The notes beneath the pieces were generated by a model. The model saw nothing but the letters and a program-made list of their open reading frames with translations, had not been told where the DNA came from and searched no databases. A stretch of 64,000 bases of DNA, taken from Penicillus capitatus. Taxonomy: Eukaryota; Plantae; Chlorophyta. Within the stretch, counting starts at the first letter, position 1. Every line of letters begins with the position of its first letter. Location: contig OZ287708.1 in the NCBI GenBank assembly GCA_965649825.1, positions 329,411-393,410 of the forward strand, in the 5' to 3' direction. Positions 61,601 through 64,000 of the stretch are shown piece by piece. The position numbers were made by a program, and so were the translations under genes.

Positions 61601-63699
61601 CGGCTTACTTGCCGCCTTGCTGTGGACGCAAGGCGGCTGTCGCCGACTTTAAGTTCTCTTTTCATGAAATTGCACTTTCTTACTCTTTCTCTGCAGACTT
61701 TGTTGCGGGGTGTATCTTATCCTTCGCGAACCACTGTTTTATCGATTTTGCGCTTGAGATCGCACTTTTTAAAAAAGAATGACCTTTTTACAAGCGTTTT
61801 GAACAATTGAAATCCGTTCTTTTAACATTTATCGAGCGCGAGTTACGATTCGCCGACGGAACGCTGTATGTCGACGCCTTCCCGTCCATTGCCGAAGGCG
61901 TTGTTCTGGCGCGTTACATCTTGAAGCTCGTTACCATCTGCTGGGGAAGACGCATGGCATCCACAGACCTGTTTCCTGCATTCGCTTCCTAGGGACAGGC
62001 GAAGATGACGCGACGTTTACTCCGTGCATGCACCGTCGACCCAGGCTTCGAAACTCGGCAAGCACGTCGCACTGTGCGACTGCGATGAATTGCCTAACCC
62101 TATCGTGTGTTGCGCTACTGCCTGTCTGCAACACCTCGGCTACAAGCTTCCGTCCGATAGGCTTGCACTCGAGTGCCTTGTGTCGGTGTCGTTCAGTGCC
62201 CGAAAGCTTGGAAGCGTGCCTGCGGATGAGAATCGACTTGTGGCGGCTGTGTCGATGAAGTGGCGATAGGAGAGCGAGGGACGAGAGCCTCGTCGGTATG
62301 CATGACTCTAAAGCAGTGGCGACTCGCATTTTCTGTTTACGGATCTATTCGAAACGACACGTTTCGGGCGGTGTCCGATATGGCGACAGCATTATCGCCA
62401 GAAGCAAAAAAAGTCGCTGCACGTTGTCGACTGGCGGCGGCGTGCTCCGAAGAGAGGAGCGCCAGACGAACGATTGTCTCTTCGAAGTTGTTTACAAGAT
62501 GTATCGTTTAAGATTCTGGGCGAACTCCTTTCGTTGTCTGAGGAGAGGAGTGCATTACATTCCGTGCAGTCGGTTGCCCGGGACAGAGAAGACTATGCGC
62601 ATCGTCACGACGAAGGCGTCGTTTTCGTTTCATCGCCTTGGCGGCTCCGCAGTTTAAGCGAAGAACGACAGAGGAGGAACGCGGAAGGCTTCGACGAAAG
62701 CCGAACAGATACAAGAACAGCGTGAACTCTGGAGAGGCTAGAGTCGCGAAGCCGTCGACGCAACGCTCACAGGAACGCGTGTTCGACAGTTCAGATGGCG
62801 TCAACTGACTGGAGCTGTACCATTCGACGCAACCAGCGACAGCTCCAATGCTCCATATTCAAGGCGCGTCTTGCCGATTTGGACGACCCGCCCTTTCGCC
62901 GGTCCGCGTTGCTCGTGTTCGGTGGACCCTTTAACGAGGCCTCGCCTTTCAAGTTCTCGGACAACGACATCAAGATCTACGCGTCTCCGCGTGTCGCTCG
63001 TTCGATTTCGAGTAGATCGTCGGAATTGCATCTGACCGCTCGTCAATTGGAGACGCCTGTCCGAACGCCGATGTCGCCGCCGCGGGAAAAAGATCTCGGC
63101 ATTGCGCGCGTGTACAAAGCGACCTTCGCCCTTTGTCGGAACGTCAGAGACCAGAAGTGAGAATCAAACAACATCCGAAGACGATGAAGAGTGGATCATC
63201 CTCGTGAGCCTGGGGGAATCTCGCCTCCTGAGCTGAATGTGTTTGCATCATCCTCCTCGGGAACTGCCAAAATCCTTTTGGAACACGGACGTTTCCGAAT
63301 CTGCCTCATCGTGCGCGACAAGAATGCAGGCCACTTCAGCGCAGTACAGGGAAATGATTGCGGTGTGAGCGGTGGATGAAGGGAAAGAGCGTCAACACGG
63401 CGCGCGAGCTTGCGGCGACGGAAGTGCTGAGCGTTCAGGACGTCCGAAGGCAATAGGACCGCGAGGACTCCTCGAAGAGAGACCTCTGCAAGCCGTGTTT
63501 CTGCTCGAGAGTTCTGTCGAGACGCCTCTAACGAGCTCCTCGGTGCGAATCTCGCAGCAGATCGACGTCCACCGATGAGGAGTTCGAGGCGTACCGGCAT
63601 CGTTGCCCGACAACAACATAGACGGTCGGTTTACGGCATCTTGTGACGCGTGTCCCTAGACGGAGGCAGCGTTCAATCGGTGTCCAAGTGGAGCAAAGG

Positions 63700-63860
63700 A
63701 TGCGCGAATACTGTTTCACGTATCTCTATGCGGTGCTGCTGGCGTTGGGCGGATTCATCGGTTTAGCGACCGAAGTCAGGAATGGCTCCCTCGGAGGCGG
63801 TGTGCGTTCTGGCGCCGTGCTCTCTCTCTCCTCGCGCACAGTCTGCTCTGCTACGTGCCA
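63700..63860 (+). pseudogene. TMEM14/FAX-like fragment, copy 2
   Basis: MREYCFTYLYAVLLALGGFIGLATEVRNGSLGGGVRSG, then diverges at a CT run. Confidence 0.55.
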
Positions 63861-64000
63861 GGAAGCAATGGAAGACAGGAACAGTCGGCAGAGGAATCGA
63901 CACCAGCCACGCCATCGGCAAGTCTTGCACGACATGCTCACCGCGATCGATCTATCCAAGCTGCCGTCGACGAGCGAGACGAACGCTCCCGCACCGAGTG

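Larger units (their letters stand above)
52326..64000. repeat. Segmental duplication, copy B (continues off the right edge)
   Basis: Collinear with 25882-40098; the last 10 bases GCACCGAGTG match 40089-40098. Confidence 0.95.

Noticed and set aside
25882-64000. Autonomous transposon, Penelope/retrozyme or endogenous virus
   Set aside because: I saw no RT, transposase, RepHel, integrase or viral core ORF, and no convincing hammerhead core (CTGANGA...GAAA).
1-64000. tRNA, rRNA or telomeric repeats
   Set aside because: No cloverleaf with A/B boxes, rRNA-like tract or (T)TTAGGG array was noticed by eye; tRNAscan/Infernal would be needed to exclude them.

Overview
Nuclear DNA of a compact green alga, most likely a flagellated chlorophyte. 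The evidence is plastid-targeted ATCase, PGK and GARS, an AP2/ERF gene, a BBOF1 homologue, introns of about 45-65 nt and some TGTAA poly(A)-type signals. The window has two compartments. (1) 1-25.8 kb is gene-dense, with about 15 intact genes: ferredoxin, pyrB, BBOF1, CGL160/AtpI-like, two SprT/SPRTN proteases, an intronless FPGS-like protein lacking several catalytic residues, AP2/ERF, purD, RPB5, PGK, PIG-S, a PNRC/Edc1-motif protein and two hypothetical genes. (2) 25.9-64 kb is a duplicated, repeat-rich compartment. A >=14 kb block (25882-40098) recurs at 52326-64000+. It carries a degenerate plus an intact MYG1 gene, decayed SOF1/DCAF13 and TMEM14 fragments, and an orphan module that occurs three times (about 31.2, 43.2 and 57.6 kb). 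Each module has a conserved promoter with a TATA box, an intact 3-exon proline-rich gene whose first intron folds into a hairpin (44 bp in two copies), and a multi-kb GC-rich minisatellite array of small stem-loops. The arrays differ between copies but share an ancestral ~42-nt skeleton, and the third gene copy is a mosaic of the other two. This module is the best candidate for an undescribed system. All calls were made by eye from the sequence; no database searches or folding programs were run.
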